Assembly: GCA_903928015.1 (NCBI GenBank)
Contig: CAIYPF010000143.1
Location: forward strand, 66,980-130,979
Direction of reading: 5' to 3'
Length of the DNA: 64,000 nt
DNA from: an uncultured Gammaproteobacteria bacterium
GTDB taxonomy: Bacteria > Pseudomonadota > Gammaproteobacteria > Pseudomonadales > UBA5518
Shown: positions 38,101-49,173 of the stretch, piece by piece
Layout of the letters: each line of letters begins with the position of its first letter
How positions within the stretch are numbered: the first letter of the stretch is position 1
Notes under the pieces: generated by a model
Seen by the model: the letters and a program-made list of their open reading frames with translations, nothing else
What the model was told of the DNA's origin: nothing
Database searches by the model: none
Made by a program: the position numbers and the translations under genes

Positions 38101-40479
38101 TCAGTACCTTGGAACGGCCCCACACCGTGCGACAAGCGCCGCCACGATGCCCTCGACCACCGCTCCCACCTCGGCTTCGGTGAGAGTGCGGTCCTGCGCC
38201 TGCAGAACCACAGCAATGGCCATGCTCTTCTTTTTCAAATCAATACCTTGCCCGCGATATACATCAAACAACTTGAGATCTTTCAGGCAGGTTCCCGCAA
38301 CATCTCGGGCAACATCCAGAAGGACTCCGGCGGGCAGGTCTTCGTCTACCACCACCGCGATGTCACGGCGCACCTCAGGAAATCTAGATAATCCTTTGAA
38401 AGAAGGCAAAGTTTTTCTTCGGATAGCCTCAAGATCGAACTCGAATAGGTACACCGGACCGAGCAGATCAAGCGCGCTCAGGATCCGGGGATGCAACGCG
38501 CCCAGCACACCGCCGCACTCCCCATCACGCCAGATACTGGCCGACTGCCCGGGGTGGAGGGACGGGTGTTCACAGGGCTGGAATCCCCAGCCACCGCCAG
38601 TTCCGTCTCCCGTGTCCAGAAGCGCTTCCACGTCTCCTTTGATATCGAAGAAATCGAGTGCGGCGGCATCGCTGCCCCATCCTTCCGGCTCACGCGAGCC
38701 GCTGACGAGACCCGCAATCGCCATCGTCTGATGCAATCCATCCGCCTCCGGCAGGAACCGCAGCCCTGTCTCGAACAGACGGACTCGCCGCTGTTGCCGA
38801 TTCTGGTTGTGCTGAAGCGTCGACAGCAGACCTGCCCAAAGAGTAGTGCGCATCACCGCCATGTCGGCGGAGATCGGGTTCTGCACTGCTACGGGCGAGA
38901 CCCCGGGGGCCAGCAACTCCTGCAACCCGGGAGGCACGAAACTGTACGTGATGGCTTCCTGGTAGCCGAGCGTACAGAGGCGAGCTCGCAGATCCTTCAC
39001 CGATCGCAACGCCTCATCGTTGCGGCGAATGGGCACCTCGGCCGCCTGGACGCGCGCGGGAATGCGCTCGTAGCCCCAGACACGACCCACCTCCTCCGCA
39101 AGATCTGCCTCGATACGGATATCAAAGCGGAACGACGCTGGACTGACCTGCAATCCACCCTCGCAGGGGCGCGCCTCGAGGCCCAGTCGTGACAGGATCC
39201 GGAGTACATCCTCGTGCGGCACCTGAACACCCAACAACATATCGAGCCGGCTCGTGCGGAGCGTGATGGGCTGCAGGGCAGGCAAATTGGCTGGCGAATC
39301 GGCGTTGACGACCGGTCCTGCCTGCCCCCCGGCGATATCGAGCAAAAGGCGTGTGGCCCGCTCGATGGCCAGCGGCTGGAGGTTGAAATCGACACCCCTC
39401 TCGTAGCGCTGCGACGCGTCCGTCTGCATTCCGTAGGAACGCGCTTTGCCTGCCATTGGCTGGGGCGCGAAAAACGCGGACTCAAGGAACACGTCGCGGG
39501 TCGAGGCGCTGACGGCAGAGCCCTGACCACCCATGATCCCCGCAAGTGCGACCGCTCGCTCGGAATCTGCAATGACCAGCGTGTCGCTGCGCAATTCGAG
39601 TTCGCTGCCATCCAACAACGGTAGCTTCTCGCCCGATCTGGCCCGGCGGACGACGACCCCGCCCTTCAACTGCGCGAGGTCGAATGCATGCAACGGCTGC
39701 CCGAGCTCGAGCATCACAAGGTTGGTGATGTCCACGACCACGTCGATGGAGCGAAGACCGGCACGCCGCAAGCGCTCTCGGAGCCAGAGGGGGCTAGGGA
39801 CGGAGACATCAACGCCCTTGATAACGCGCCCGCAATATCGCGGACAGTAATCAGGCGCTTCCAGGGCTATGTCGAGCCGGTCGACGATAACAGCCGGCAC
39901 CGCGGAGAGATCAGGGCTGCTGGTGCCGACGCCGTAAAGGGCGGCCGTTTCGCGGGCAAGCCCCCGAATCCCGAGACAATCCCCGCGATTAGGGGTGAGT
40001 TTGAGGCCGATGACCCGATCGTCACGACCGAAAAGCGCACCGATATCAGCGCCCAGAGGCACCTCCTCGGGAAGTTCGATCAAGCCCTCTGCTCGCTGCT
40101 CCTGAAGGCCGATCTCGTCTGCCGAACAGAGCATTCCGAAGGAGTCCACGCCGCGGAGGCTTGCTCGGGCGATGGCCATGCCAGGCAGAACGGCACCGAC
40201 CCTGGCAAACGCCACTCGCAGCCCGGAGCGCACGTTGGCAGCCCCGCAGACCACTTGAACCTCCTCGGTGCCGTCGAAGACCCGGCAAACCCGCAGCTTG
40301 TTCGCATCGGGATGAGGGCTGACATCACGCACCTCTGCCGCGACCACACCATGGATCGCAGCGCCGGCAGGCTCGATGGACTCGACCTCCAACCCGGCCA
40401 TGGTGAGGCGGGCTGCCAGCTCCTCGGTGCTGGCAACCGGGTTGACCCACTCCCGCAACCACTGCTCGCTGATCTTCAT
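38101..40479 (-). CDS. pheT: Phenylalanine--tRNA ligase beta subunit
   Basis: The N-terminus [14 protein letters not shown] is canonical. The tRNA-binding, B3/4, B5 and FDX-ACB domains follow in order, and the gene sits after pheS. Confidence 0.97.
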   Translation of the reverse strand: MKISEQWLREWVNPVASTEELAARLTMAGLEVESIEPAGAAIHGVVAAEVRDVSPHPDANKLRVCRVFDGTEEVQVVCGAANVRSGLRVAFARVGAVLPGMAIARASLRGVDSFGMLCSADEIGLQEQRAEGLIELPEEVPLGADIGALFGRDDRVIGLKLTPNRGDCLGIRGLARETAALYGVGTSSPDLSAVPAVIVDRLDIALEAPDYCPRYCGRVIKGVDVSVPSPLWLRERLRRAGLRSIDVVVDITNLVMLELGQPLHAFDLAQLKGGVVVRRARSGEKLPLLDGSELELRSDTLVIADSERAVALAGIMGGQGSAVSASTRDVFLESAFFAPQPMAGKARSYGMQTDASQRYERGVDFNLQPLAIERATRLLLDIAGGQAGPVVNADSPANLPALQPITLRTSRLDMLLGVQVPHEDVLRILSRLGLEARPCEGGLQVSPASFRFDIRIEADLAEEVGRVWGYERIPARVQAAEVPIRRNDEALRSVKDLRARLCTLGYQEAITYSFVPPGLQELLAPGVSPVAVQNPISADMAVMRTTLWAGLLSTLQHNQNRQQRRVRLFETGLRFLPEADGLHQTMAIAGLVSGSREPEGWGSDAAALDFFDIKGDVEALLDTGDGTGGGWGFQPCEHPSLHPGQSASIWRDGECGGVLGALHPRILSALDLLGPVYLFEFDLEAIRRKTLPSFKGLSRFPEVRRDIAVVVDEDLPAGVLLDVARDVAGTCLKDLKLFDVYRGQGIDLKKKSMAIAVVLQAQDRTLTEAEVGAVVEGIVAALVARCGAVPRY

Positions 40480-40525
40480 GCTTGCACCGCCAACACCGGA
40501 TTCAGAACCTATATTTCAGATTAAA

Positions 40526-41587
<1,062 letters not shown>

Positions 41588-41602
41588 TCATTGCAAGACA
41601 GC

Positions 41603-41639
41603 AAAAAAAACGGGGAAAGAGCCAAGGCCCTTTCCCCGT
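41603..41639 (-). terminator. Intrinsic terminator / attenuator between rplT and pheS
   Basis: On the minus strand the structure is ACGGGGAAAG-N10-CTTTCCCCGT, a perfect 10-bp stem running into a run of 8 T. It is preceded by the palindrome GGCGGCGAATTCGCCGCC (41654..41671). Confidence 0.8.
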
Positions 41640-41679
41640 CCGGATACCACGAAGGCGGCGAATTCGCCGCCCTCCAGGC

Positions 41680-42036
41680 TCAGGCGAGCGCGGCCCGGGC
41701 CTTCTCCACGATGGCCGAGAACGCGATCTTGTCGTGCACAGCGAGATCCGCCAGCACGCGGCGATCAAGACCGATGGCGGCCTTGCGCAGTCCGGCGATC
41801 AGACGGCTGTACGTGAGGCCGTTCGCGCGGGATGCCGCGTTGATGCGGGTGATCCAGAGCGCACGGAATTGGCGCTTGCGCTGACGGCGGTCGCGGTACG
41901 CGTACTGGCCGGCCTTGATGACCGATTGCTTGGCAACGCGGAACACGCGGCTGCGGGCACCGTAGTAACCCTTGGCACGATCGAGAATCTTCTTGTGACG
42001 GCGTCTGGCGGTGACGCCACGCTTGATACGGGGCAT
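41680..42036 (-). CDS. rplT: 50S ribosomal protein L20
   Basis: The sequence begins [62 protein letters not shown]. Confidence 0.97.
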   Translation of the reverse strand: MPRIKRGVTARRRHKKILDRAKGYYGARSRVFRVAKQSVIKAGQYAYRDRRQRKRQFRALWITRINAASRANGLTYSRLIAGLRKAAIGLDRRVLADLAVHDKIAFSAIVEKARAALA

Positions 42037-42063
42037 GTGTGATTCCTCAGTTCAGATGGGTGA

Positions 42064-42258
42064 CTACTTGTCGCGCAACATGCGCTCGACCCGTGGCTGA
42101 TCCACAGGGTCGAAGCCTGCCGTGCCGCGGAGCTGGCGCTTCCGCTTCGTGGTCATCTTCGTGAGGATGTGGCTCTTGTTGGCGTGCTTTCGCTTGTAGC
42201 CTGAGCCGGTTTTCTTGAAGCGTTTTGCCGCTCCGCTATGAACTTTCAACTTGGGCAT
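42064..42258 (-). CDS. rpmI: 50S ribosomal protein L35
   Basis: The sequence begins [46 protein letters not shown] trimmed the start from the track's 42267. Confidence 0.95.
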   Translation of the reverse strand: MPKLKVHSGAAKRFKKTGSGYKRKHANKSHILTKMTTKRKRQLRGTAGFDPVDQPRVERMLRDK

Positions 42259-42306
42259 TTCTACCACTCCGCATTTGCTGTATCTGCAACGGTATGAAGT
42301 GACGGA

Positions 42307-42855
42307 TCACTTCTTCTTTTTGGGAGCTAGAACCATGGTGAGTTGCCTGCCTTCCATTTTCGCGTGCTGTTCCACCGCCGCATGCGGCTCGAGATCGGTT
42401 TCGATGCGCTTTATCAGCTCCATCCCGATCTCCTGGTGGGCCATCTCGCGACCACGAAAGCGCAGGGTCACCTTGGCTTTGTCTCCTTGCTCCAGGAAAC
42501 GTACCAGGTTGCGCAGTTTTACCTGGTAATCCCCTTCCTCCGTCCCTGGCCGGAATTTCACTTCCTTAACCTGAATGATCTTCTGCTTCTTCTTTGAAGC
42601 GTTACGTTGTTTCTTGGCTTCGTAGATGTACTTCCCGAAGTCCATGATCTTGCAGACCACCGGGTCTGCATCGGCCGCGATCTCGACCAGATCGAGTGTG
42701 GCCTGTTCGGCGGCCCGGAGAGCCTCCTCGATGGTCACGATGCCGAGCTGTGTGCCCTCTGCATCTATGAGTCGCACCTGACGGGCGCGGATTTCACCGT
42801 TTACGGCAAGCTTCTTGTTGCTCTCGGATTTCAAGTGCTGATCAACCTTCCAAAT
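42307..42855 (-). CDS. infC: Translation initiation factor IF-3 (start codon non-canonical and uncertain)
   Basis: The sequence [58 protein letters not shown] matches IF-3. There is an in-frame ATT at 42855 and a TTG at 42834. The track's ATG at 42876 would overlap thrS by 35 nt. Confidence 0.9.
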   Translation of the reverse strand: MWKVDQHLKSESNKKLAVNGEIRARQVRLIDAEGTQLGIVTIEEALRAAEQATLDLVEIAADADPVVCKIMDFGKYIYEAKKQRNASKKKQKIIQVKEVKFRPGTEEGDYQVKLRNLVRFLEQGDKAKVTLRFRGREMAHQEIGMELIKRIETDLEPHAAVEQHAKMEGRQLTMVLAPKKKK

Positions 42856-44767
42856 CAGTGCGGCCGCGACGGGCAACTACCGAAGCCAAATGCTCTTCGA
42901 ACCCCTGGAGGCTCATTGAACCCAAGTCTTCGCCATTACGAGCCCGAACGGCCACTGTGCCAGTTTCCATCTCCCGATCACCCACCACGAGGAGGAACGG
43001 GACTTTGTCGAGAGTATGCTCGCGAATCTTAAAGCCCACCTTCTCGTTTCTCAAGTCAGCAACGACTTTGAAACCGTTGTTTTTCAAGGATTCTTCCACA
43101 GCCTTCGCATAATCGTGCTGGGCGTCAGTGATATTGAGGACAACAGCCTGTACCGGAGCGAGCCAGGCCGGGAATGCTCCCTCGTAGTGCTCGACGAGAA
43201 TTCCGATGAATCTCTCGAAGGATCCGAGTATCGCGCGGTGCAGCATGACCGGCGTCTGACGGCTGCCATCCTCGGCCACATACTCCGCGTCCAGGCGGCC
43301 CGGCATAGAGAAATCGACCTGTATGGTGCCGCACTGCCAGACCCGTCCGATGCAGTCCTTGAGGCTGAATTCGATCTTGGGCCCGTAGAAGGCACCCTCT
43401 CCCGGCAACAGCTCCCACGGCAGGCCCTTGGCATCGAGCGCCTTGGCCAAGGCATCCTCGGCCTTGTCCCAGATCTCTTCGGAACCCACACGCTGCGGCG
43501 GGCGGGTAGACAGCCGGTAGATGATCTCGCTGAAGCCGAAGTCCGCGTAGACCTCGTGCAAAAGGTCGATGAAGTCGGCCACTTCCTGCTGGATCTGGGA
43601 CTCGGTGCAGAAGATGTGGGCATCGTCCTGCGTGAAACCGCGCACTCGCATGAGGCCATGGAGCGAGCCCGAGGGCTCGTTGCGATGACAGGAGCCGAAC
43701 TCGGCCAGACGCAACGGGAGGTCCCGGTAGCTCTTGAGGCCCTGATTGAAAACCTGCACATGGCAGGGGCAGTTCATGGGTTTGACAGCGAAGTCCCGGT
43801 CTTCGATGTGCAGCGAGAACATGTTGGCGCCGAACTTGTCAGCGTGCCCCGACCGCTGCCACAGGCTGAGATCCACCACCTGCGGGGTACGGATTTCCTG
43901 ATACCCGCGCAGGCCCAACTTGGCACGCATGTATTGCTCGAGGCCCTGCCACACGGCCCAGCCGCGCGGGTGCCAGAACACCATGCCCGGCGCCTCTTCC
44001 TGGGTGTGGAAGAGCTTCAATTTCTTGCCGATTCGGCGGTGATCCCGCCTTTCCGCCTCTTCGATGCGATGGAGATAGGCTTTGAGGGCCTTCGGGTCTG
44101 TCCAGGCGGTGCCGTAGATGCGCTGCAGCATCGCGTTCTTCGAATCCCCTCGCCAATAGGCACCGGCCACCTTGGTGAGTTTGAAGGCGCGGAGTTTTGC
44201 AGTGCTGGGCACGTGGGGACCCCGGCACAGATCGATGAAATCGCCTTGCCGGTAGAGAGATATGTCCTCGTTCGCAGGGATCGAGGCGATGATCTCTGCC
44301 TTGTAGGCCTCCCCCATGTCACGGAAGAACTGCACCGCCGCGTCTCGCGGCATGAGGCTGCGCTCGACCGGGAAATCAGCGGCAACGATCTCCTCCATGC
44401 GCTTCTCGATGGCGATCAGGTCATCGGGAGTGAATGTGCGTTCGAATGCGAAGTCGTAGTAGAAACCGTCTTCGATGACCGGCCCGATGGTCACTTGGGC
44501 AGAAGGGAACAACTGCTTCACTGCCTGCGCGAGCAGGTGCGCAGTGGAGTGGCGAATCACCTCCAGCGCGTCGGGAGATTTGTCGGTGATGATCTCGAGC
44601 GAGGCATCCGATGCCATGAGGCAGGAGGTGTCGACCAGATGCCCGTCAACGCGAGCAGCAAGTGCCGCTTTGGCGAGGCCGGGGCCAATGCTGGCGGCGA
44701 CATCGCGCACGGTCACGGCGTGGTCGAAATTGCGCTGGCTGCCGTCGGGCAGGCTGATCACGGGCAT
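42842..44767 (-). CDS. thrS: Threonine--tRNA ligase
   Basis: The start [20 protein letters not shown] (TGS domain) is typical of ThrRS, and AGGAG lies 8 nt upstream of ATG 44767. The length computed from coordinates is 641 aa. Class II motifs and the anticodon-binding domain are present. Confidence 0.97.
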   Translation of the reverse strand: MPVISLPDGSQRNFDHAVTVRDVAASIGPGLAKAALAARVDGHLVDTSCLMASDASLEIITDKSPDALEVIRHSTAHLLAQAVKQLFPSAQVTIGPVIEDGFYYDFAFERTFTPDDLIAIEKRMEEIVAADFPVERSLMPRDAAVQFFRDMGEAYKAEIIASIPANEDISLYRQGDFIDLCRGPHVPSTAKLRAFKLTKVAGAYWRGDSKNAMLQRIYGTAWTDPKALKAYLHRIEEAERRDHRRIGKKLKLFHTQEEAPGMVFWHPRGWAVWQGLEQYMRAKLGLRGYQEIRTPQVVDLSLWQRSGHADKFGANMFSLHIEDRDFAVKPMNCPCHVQVFNQGLKSYRDLPLRLAEFGSCHRNEPSGSLHGLMRVRGFTQDDAHIFCTESQIQQEVADFIDLLHEVYADFGFSEIIYRLSTRPPQRVGSEEIWDKAEDALAKALDAKGLPWELLPGEGAFYGPKIEFSLKDCIGRVWQCGTIQVDFSMPGRLDAEYVAEDGSRQTPVMLHRAILGSFERFIGILVEHYEGAFPAWLAPVQAVVLNITDAQHDYAKAVEESLKNNGFKVVADLRNEKVGFKIREHTLDKVPFLLVVGDREMETGTVAVRARNGEDLGSMSLQGFEEHLASVVARRGRTDLEG

Positions 44768-44784
44768 GTTGCTGGCTCCTGCGC

Positions 44785-44819
44785 GGTGGTGGCCCTGACG
44801 AGAGGCCGCTTGCTCCACC
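44785..44819 (-). promoter_or_regulatory. Candidate ThrRS translational operator hairpin (anticodon-arm mimic)
   Basis: The minus-strand sequence is GGTGGAGCAAGCGGCCTCTCGTCAGGGCCACCACC. The outer stem is GGTGG/CCACC and the inner stem is GGCCU/GGGCC. The 7-nt loop is CUCGUCA. The hairpin ends 17 nt before the AUG, just upstream of the SD. Confidence 0.3.
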
Positions 44820-44933
44820 AGAATGGACATCGTATGAAAGCCCGTGCGGAGTACCGTCGGGCGGCGCGAGCCTAGCACAGTGATATCCTGCGATGACAAT
44901 CAAAAGACTGGCAACTCTGGACGCGTGGCCCTC

Positions 44934-47900
44934 ATGAAAAAGCTGCTTCTGGCGACCTTGCTGATCGCCCCTCCTTCCCTCTGCTCCGCAGATCCGGCAG
45001 AGCGGCCCTGGGACGTCTCAGCCCCACCCTTGGCTCTGCGCGAAATCCCGATCGACGTCGACCAGGGCACCTGGATGAACATCGATCTGAGCCCCGATGG
45101 CTCCCGCATCGCCTTCGACCTGCTCGGTGACATCTACGTGATGCCCTCATCGGGAGGCACGGCCACCCGCATAGCGGAGGGACTCCCGCTCGAGATGCAA
45201 CCCCGCTTCTCGCCCGACGGCAAACGCATTGCCTTCACCAGCGATCGAGCGGGCGGCGACAACATCTGGCTGATGAACGCGGACGGCAGCGACAAGCGAC
45301 AACTCACACACGAGGACTTCAGGCTCCTGAACGCCCCCGACTGGAGCCCCGACGGCCGCTTCATCGCGGCGCGCAAGCACTTCACGACCGAGCGCTCGCT
45401 GGGCACCGGTGAGATTTGGCTCTACCACGTCGGTGGCGGCTCCGGGGTCCAATTGGTGAAGCGGCAGAGCGAGGCACTCCAGAAGGAGCTGGGAGAGCCC
45501 GCCTACTCCGCGGATGGCGGCTCGCTCTTTTATTCGAGAAACACCACACCCGGCCCCATTTTCGAATATGCGCAGGACTCCAACGACGAGGTCTTCGGAA
45601 TCGAGAAAATCGATCTGGCAACGGGCGAGGTAAGTCCGGTCGCTGGTGGTGCCGGTGGCGCAGTACGGCCCACACCGTCCCCGGACGGCCGCAAGCTCGC
45701 GTTCGTGAAGCGCGAGCGCGGCGTGTCCGCCCTCTTCGTGCTCGATCTTTCATCAGGAAAAAAGACCCGCCTGTTCGCGCCGCTTGATCAGGACATGCAG
45801 GAAGCCTGGGCCGTGCATGGCGTCTACCCCGACATGGACTGGACGCCGGACTCGCGGAGCGTTGTGTTCTGGGCGGGCGGCAAGATCCACCGCGCCGGGC
45901 TCGATGGCAGCCAGACGGAGATCCCCTTCCGCGTCCGGGATACCCGCAGCATCGTCGACCCACCTCGCCCCCGCGTCGACGTCGCACCCGAGCACTTCTC
46001 CACGCGCATGGCGCGCCACGCCGACGTGTCCGCGGACGGCAGCCAGGCCGCGTGGGAGAGTGTCGGCAAGATCTGGATCAGACACCTTCCCGATGGAGAG
46101 CCTGCACGGCTCACGCACTCAGGTGATGGGGAGCTGGAACTCTTTCCTTCTTTCTCACGGGATGGCAAACGCCTTGCCTTCGTGGGCTGGACCGACTCTG
46201 GACTCGGACAGGTGAAGATCGTCTCCTCGTCGGGTGGCGGCATCAAACAGATAACGCAGGAACCCGGCCATTACCGACGGCCGCGTTTTTCTCCGGACGG
46301 AAAACTCGTGGTCTTCGAGAAGGGCAAGGGCGGGAAACTGCTCTCCGATGCATGGTCGCAGACCTCGGGCGTCTTTCGGGTGCCGGCTGTGGGCGGCGCA
46401 GCCACGCGTGTCAGCGCCGATGGCAGTTTCCCGCACTTCGGCGAGAGCAATGACCGCGTATACACGACCGTGACGGGGGAGCCCGGGCAGCAGTTGCGCA
46501 GCACCGACCTGAACGGCCAGAGCCCGCGCGTGCACGCAAGCGGCGAGATGGTGTCGGAGTATCAGGTCTCACCGTCCGGGGACAACGTGGCTTTCCGCGA
46601 CAACTACGCGGCCTGGGTGATGCCCCTCTTGCCCGGACCGCAGTCGATCGCGGCCGGCGCAGATGCCAAGGCAGTACCGGTGACGCGTGCGAGCGAGGGC
46701 GGCATAGGCTTCATGTCCTGGCGCGCAGACGGCAAGCATCTCGACTGGACGCTCGGCCCCACCCTCTACACCGCAGCTCTCGCGGAGATGATTCCGACCG
46801 CGCCCGCCCGGAAGCCCGCGGGCAAATCCGACGGCTTTGTGCCACCCGCTTCCGGCGTATCACTTGCGGTGACGGTGGTGGCGGAAAAACCCGCCGGTCA
46901 CGTCGCCATCACTGGCGCTCGCGTGGTGACGATGGCTGGTGCGGATGGCGGCATCATCGAGGATGGCGTGATTTTGCTTGATGGCCCGCGCATCGCTGCA
47001 ATAGGCCCTCGCGACAGCTTCAAGGTGCCTGCCGACGCGAAACTCGTCGATGCCTCGGGCAAGACCATCCTGCCCGGCTTCATCGACGCACACGCGCACG
47101 GGCCGTTCGGCGATGACGACATCGTGCCGCAGCAAAACTGGTCGCTGATCGCACACCTTGCCCTTGGCGTAACGACCATACACAACCCGTCCACGGTCTC
47201 GTCCGAGGCGTTCGAGGCCGCCGAACTGCAACGCGCCGGACGCCTTCTGGCGCCACGCAGCTTCTCGAGCGGGGAGATTGTCTACGGCGCGCGAGCACCG
47301 GGCCTCTATGCGGCGATCGACTCCTACGAGGGCGCCCTCGCACACGTGCGCAGGCTGAAAGCCCAGGGCGCGCTCTCGATAAAGAACTACAACCAACCCC
47401 GACGCGAGCAACGCCAGCAGGTGGTTGCGGCAGCGATCGCAGAGGGAATGGAAGTGGTTGCCGAAGGCGGCTCCCTGTATACGCAGGACCTCACGATCAT
47501 CGCCGACGGAAACACGAGCCTGGAGCACAACATCCCGCAGCGTGTGCTCTACGAGGATGTTCTTTCGTTCTTCTCGCAGACGAAGGTTGCCTACACACCA
47601 ACGCTGGTGGTGAGCTTCGGCGGCCTGGGTGCCGACCCCTACTGGCGTCAGGCAACGGATGTCTGGAGGCACCCCATACTCTCGCGCCATGTGCCGCCAC
47701 ACATCCTGCAGCCAAAAAGCGTGCGACGCGTGAAGGCGCCGGAAGAGGATTTTGAAGAGCAGTACATCGCACGGGAAGCAGGCAAGCTGGCAGCGCGGGG
47801 CGTGATCGTGAACACGGGCGCACACGGGCAGGAAGAAGGGCTCGGCACCCACTGGGAACTCTGGTCCTTCGTGCGCGGAGGCTGGACGCCACTGGAGGCA

Positions 47901-48137
47901 CTGCGCGCAGCGACGGTGAACCCGGCACGGCATCTGGGCATGGATGCGGACATCGGCACGCTCGAGAAAGGCAAGCTGGCCGACCTGCTGATCCTCGACG
48001 CAAACCCGCTCGATGACATCCGCAACTCCGACAAACTGAGCGGCGTGATGCTGAACGGGCGGCTCTACGACCCCCTGACAATGAACGAGCAGATCACCGG
48101 CAACGCGCGGCGTGCGCCTTACTACTGGGAGCCGTGA
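44934..48137 (+). CDS. Periplasmic TolB-like beta-propeller fused to amidohydrolase-superfamily domain
   Basis: It has a signal peptide (MKKLLLATLLIAPPSLCSA). Repeated PD40-like units appear (SPDGSRIAF, SPDGKRIAFTSDR, SPDGRFIAA, SPDGRKLAF, SRDGKRLAF, SPDGKLVVF). The C-terminal metal-hydrolase motifs are GFIDAHAH and VNTGAHG. I trimmed the start from the track's 44844. Confidence 0.8.
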   Translation: MKKLLLATLLIAPPSLCSADPAERPWDVSAPPLALREIPIDVDQGTWMNIDLSPDGSRIAFDLLGDIYVMPSSGGTATRIAEGLPLEMQPRFSPDGKRIAFTSDRAGGDNIWLMNADGSDKRQLTHEDFRLLNAPDWSPDGRFIAARKHFTTERSLGTGEIWLYHVGGGSGVQLVKRQSEALQKELGEPAYSADGGSLFYSRNTTPGPIFEYAQDSNDEVFGIEKIDLATGEVSPVAGGAGGAVRPTPSPDGRKLAFVKRERGVSALFVLDLSSGKKTRLFAPLDQDMQEAWAVHGVYPDMDWTPDSRSVVFWAGGKIHRAGLDGSQTEIPFRVRDTRSIVDPPRPRVDVAPEHFSTRMARHADVSADGSQAAWESVGKIWIRHLPDGEPARLTHSGDGELELFPSFSRDGKRLAFVGWTDSGLGQVKIVSSSGGGIKQITQEPGHYRRPRFSPDGKLVVFEKGKGGKLLSDAWSQTSGVFRVPAVGGAATRVSADGSFPHFGESNDRVYTTVTGEPGQQLRSTDLNGQSPRVHASGEMVSEYQVSPSGDNVAFRDNYAAWVMPLLPGPQSIAAGADAKAVPVTRASEGGIGFMSWRADGKHLDWTLGPTLYTAALAEMIPTAPARKPAGKSDGFVPPASGVSLAVTVVAEKPAGHVAITGARVVTMAGADGGIIEDGVILLDGPRIAAIGPRDSFKVPADAKLVDASGKTILPGFIDAHAHGPFGDDDIVPQQNWSLIAHLALGVTTIHNPSTVSSEAFEAAELQRAGRLLAPRSFSSGEIVYGARAPGLYAAIDSYEGALAHVRRLKAQGALSIKNYNQPRREQRQQVVAAAIAEGMEVVAEGGSLYTQDLTIIADGNTSLEHNIPQRVLYEDVLSFFSQTKVAYTPTLVVSFGGLGADPYWRQATDVWRHPILSRHVPPHILQPKSVRRVKAPEEDFEEQYIAREAGKLAARGVIVNTGAHGQEEGLGTHWELWSFVRGGWTPLEALRAATVNPARHLGMDADIGTLEKGKLADLLILDANPLDDIRNSDKLSGVMLNGRLYDPLTMNEQITGNARRAPYYWEP

Positions 48138-48160
48138 TCGCGTGACGACCGAGCGCCGAC

Positions 48161-48964
48161 CTACTGCTGCCAACCGCTGACGAGAAGATCGGTTCCCGTG
48201 ACGAAGCCTGCCGCGGGGCTGGCGAGATATGCAGCCGCGTGAGCGATGTCGTCAGGACGTCCGATGCGTCCCACGTGATTGGGCATGAAACCTTCGACGG
48301 CCTTGCGCTCGATCACGCCAAAGTCGTCACCCCAGCCGTTCGCCGTCGACAGTCCGCGCAGCCACGCTTCGACCGAAGGCGTGGCCACCAGGCCAGGGCT
48401 GATGGAGTTGGACGTCACGCCGGTTCTGGAGAATGTCTTCGCGAGGCCTTTGCTGAGGTTGATGATCGCGGCCTTTGCGGCGCAGTAATCGGGAATCACG
48501 GTGAGCGCATCGTGCCCGACCACGCTGCTGATCTGGATAAGCCGGCCCCAGCCGCGCTCCCGCATGGCGGGCGCGAATCGGTGGATCATCCGCACCATCG
48601 AGATCACGTTGTTCTGGTAGGTCGCAATCCAGTCATCGGGCGTCGCCTCCATCCAGGGGGCGTTTCCCGTACCGGCTGACTCTCCTCCCGCATTGTTGAT
48701 GAGGATGTCGACTCCGCCCCAAGCGGATTCCACGACGTCGGCCGCGGCTGCGGCGCCCGCGTCGGTAGCGAGGTCACCGATGGCAACGATCACCTCCACG
48801 CCGTGCCCCCGCGCCGCTTCGGCTACCGCCTCGGCGCGTTCACGATTGCGGCCATGCACTGCAACGGCTGCCCCTTCCCGGGCAAGCCGCAGGGCGATGG
48901 CCTCACCGATGCCTGAGCTGCTGCCGGTAACGAGTGCGCGCTTGCCTTCTAGATCGCGGGGCAT
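48161..48964 (-). CDS. SDR family oxidoreductase
   Basis: AAGGAGG lies upstream of ATG 48964. The motifs are ALVTGSSSGIGEAIA, NNAG and the catalytic YCAAKAAI. The track ORF's 5' extension runs into the tRNA-Val gene. Confidence 0.85.
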   Translation of the reverse strand: MPRDLEGKRALVTGSSSGIGEAIALRLAREGAAVAVHGRNRERAEAVAEAARGHGVEVIVAIGDLATDAGAAAAADVVESAWGGVDILINNAGGESAGTGNAPWMEATPDDWIATYQNNVISMVRMIHRFAPAMRERGWGRLIQISSVVGHDALTVIPDYCAAKAAIINLSKGLAKTFSRTGVTSNSISPGLVATPSVEAWLRGLSTANGWGDDFGVIERKAVEGFMPNHVGRIGRPDDIAHAAAYLASPAAGFVTGTDLLVSGWQQ

Positions 48965-49044
48965 GAGGCCTCCTTGAGCGCTGAAACGACAACGCCGCCC
49001 GAGGGCGGCGTTGATGTGGCTTCGCGTTGGGACGAAGCGCTTGT

Positions 49045-49121
49045 TGGTAGGCCCGAGAAGACTCGAACTTCCGACCTCCACCATGTCAAGGTGGCGCTCT
49101 AACCAACTGAGCTACGGGCCT
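49045..49121 (-). tRNA. tRNA-Val (anticodon GAC)
   Basis: I folded it by hand. The acceptor stem is AGGCCCG/CGGGCCT followed by A-CCA, and the D-arm is GCTC-AGTTGGTTA-GAGC. The anticodon arm is CCACC-TTGACAT-GGTGG, and the T-arm is GGAAG-TTCGAGT-CTTCT. Confidence 0.9.
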
Positions 49122-49173
49122 GCAGAAATGCAGGCGGGCATTATAGCCAGCAAGACTCCGGAAGCAACCGCTC

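Noticed and set aside
48965-49084. A 5' extension of the SDR ORF to 49084.
   Set aside because: It would overlap the tRNA-Val gene. ATG 48964 has an AAGGAGG SD and yields the canonical TGxxxGxG N-terminus.
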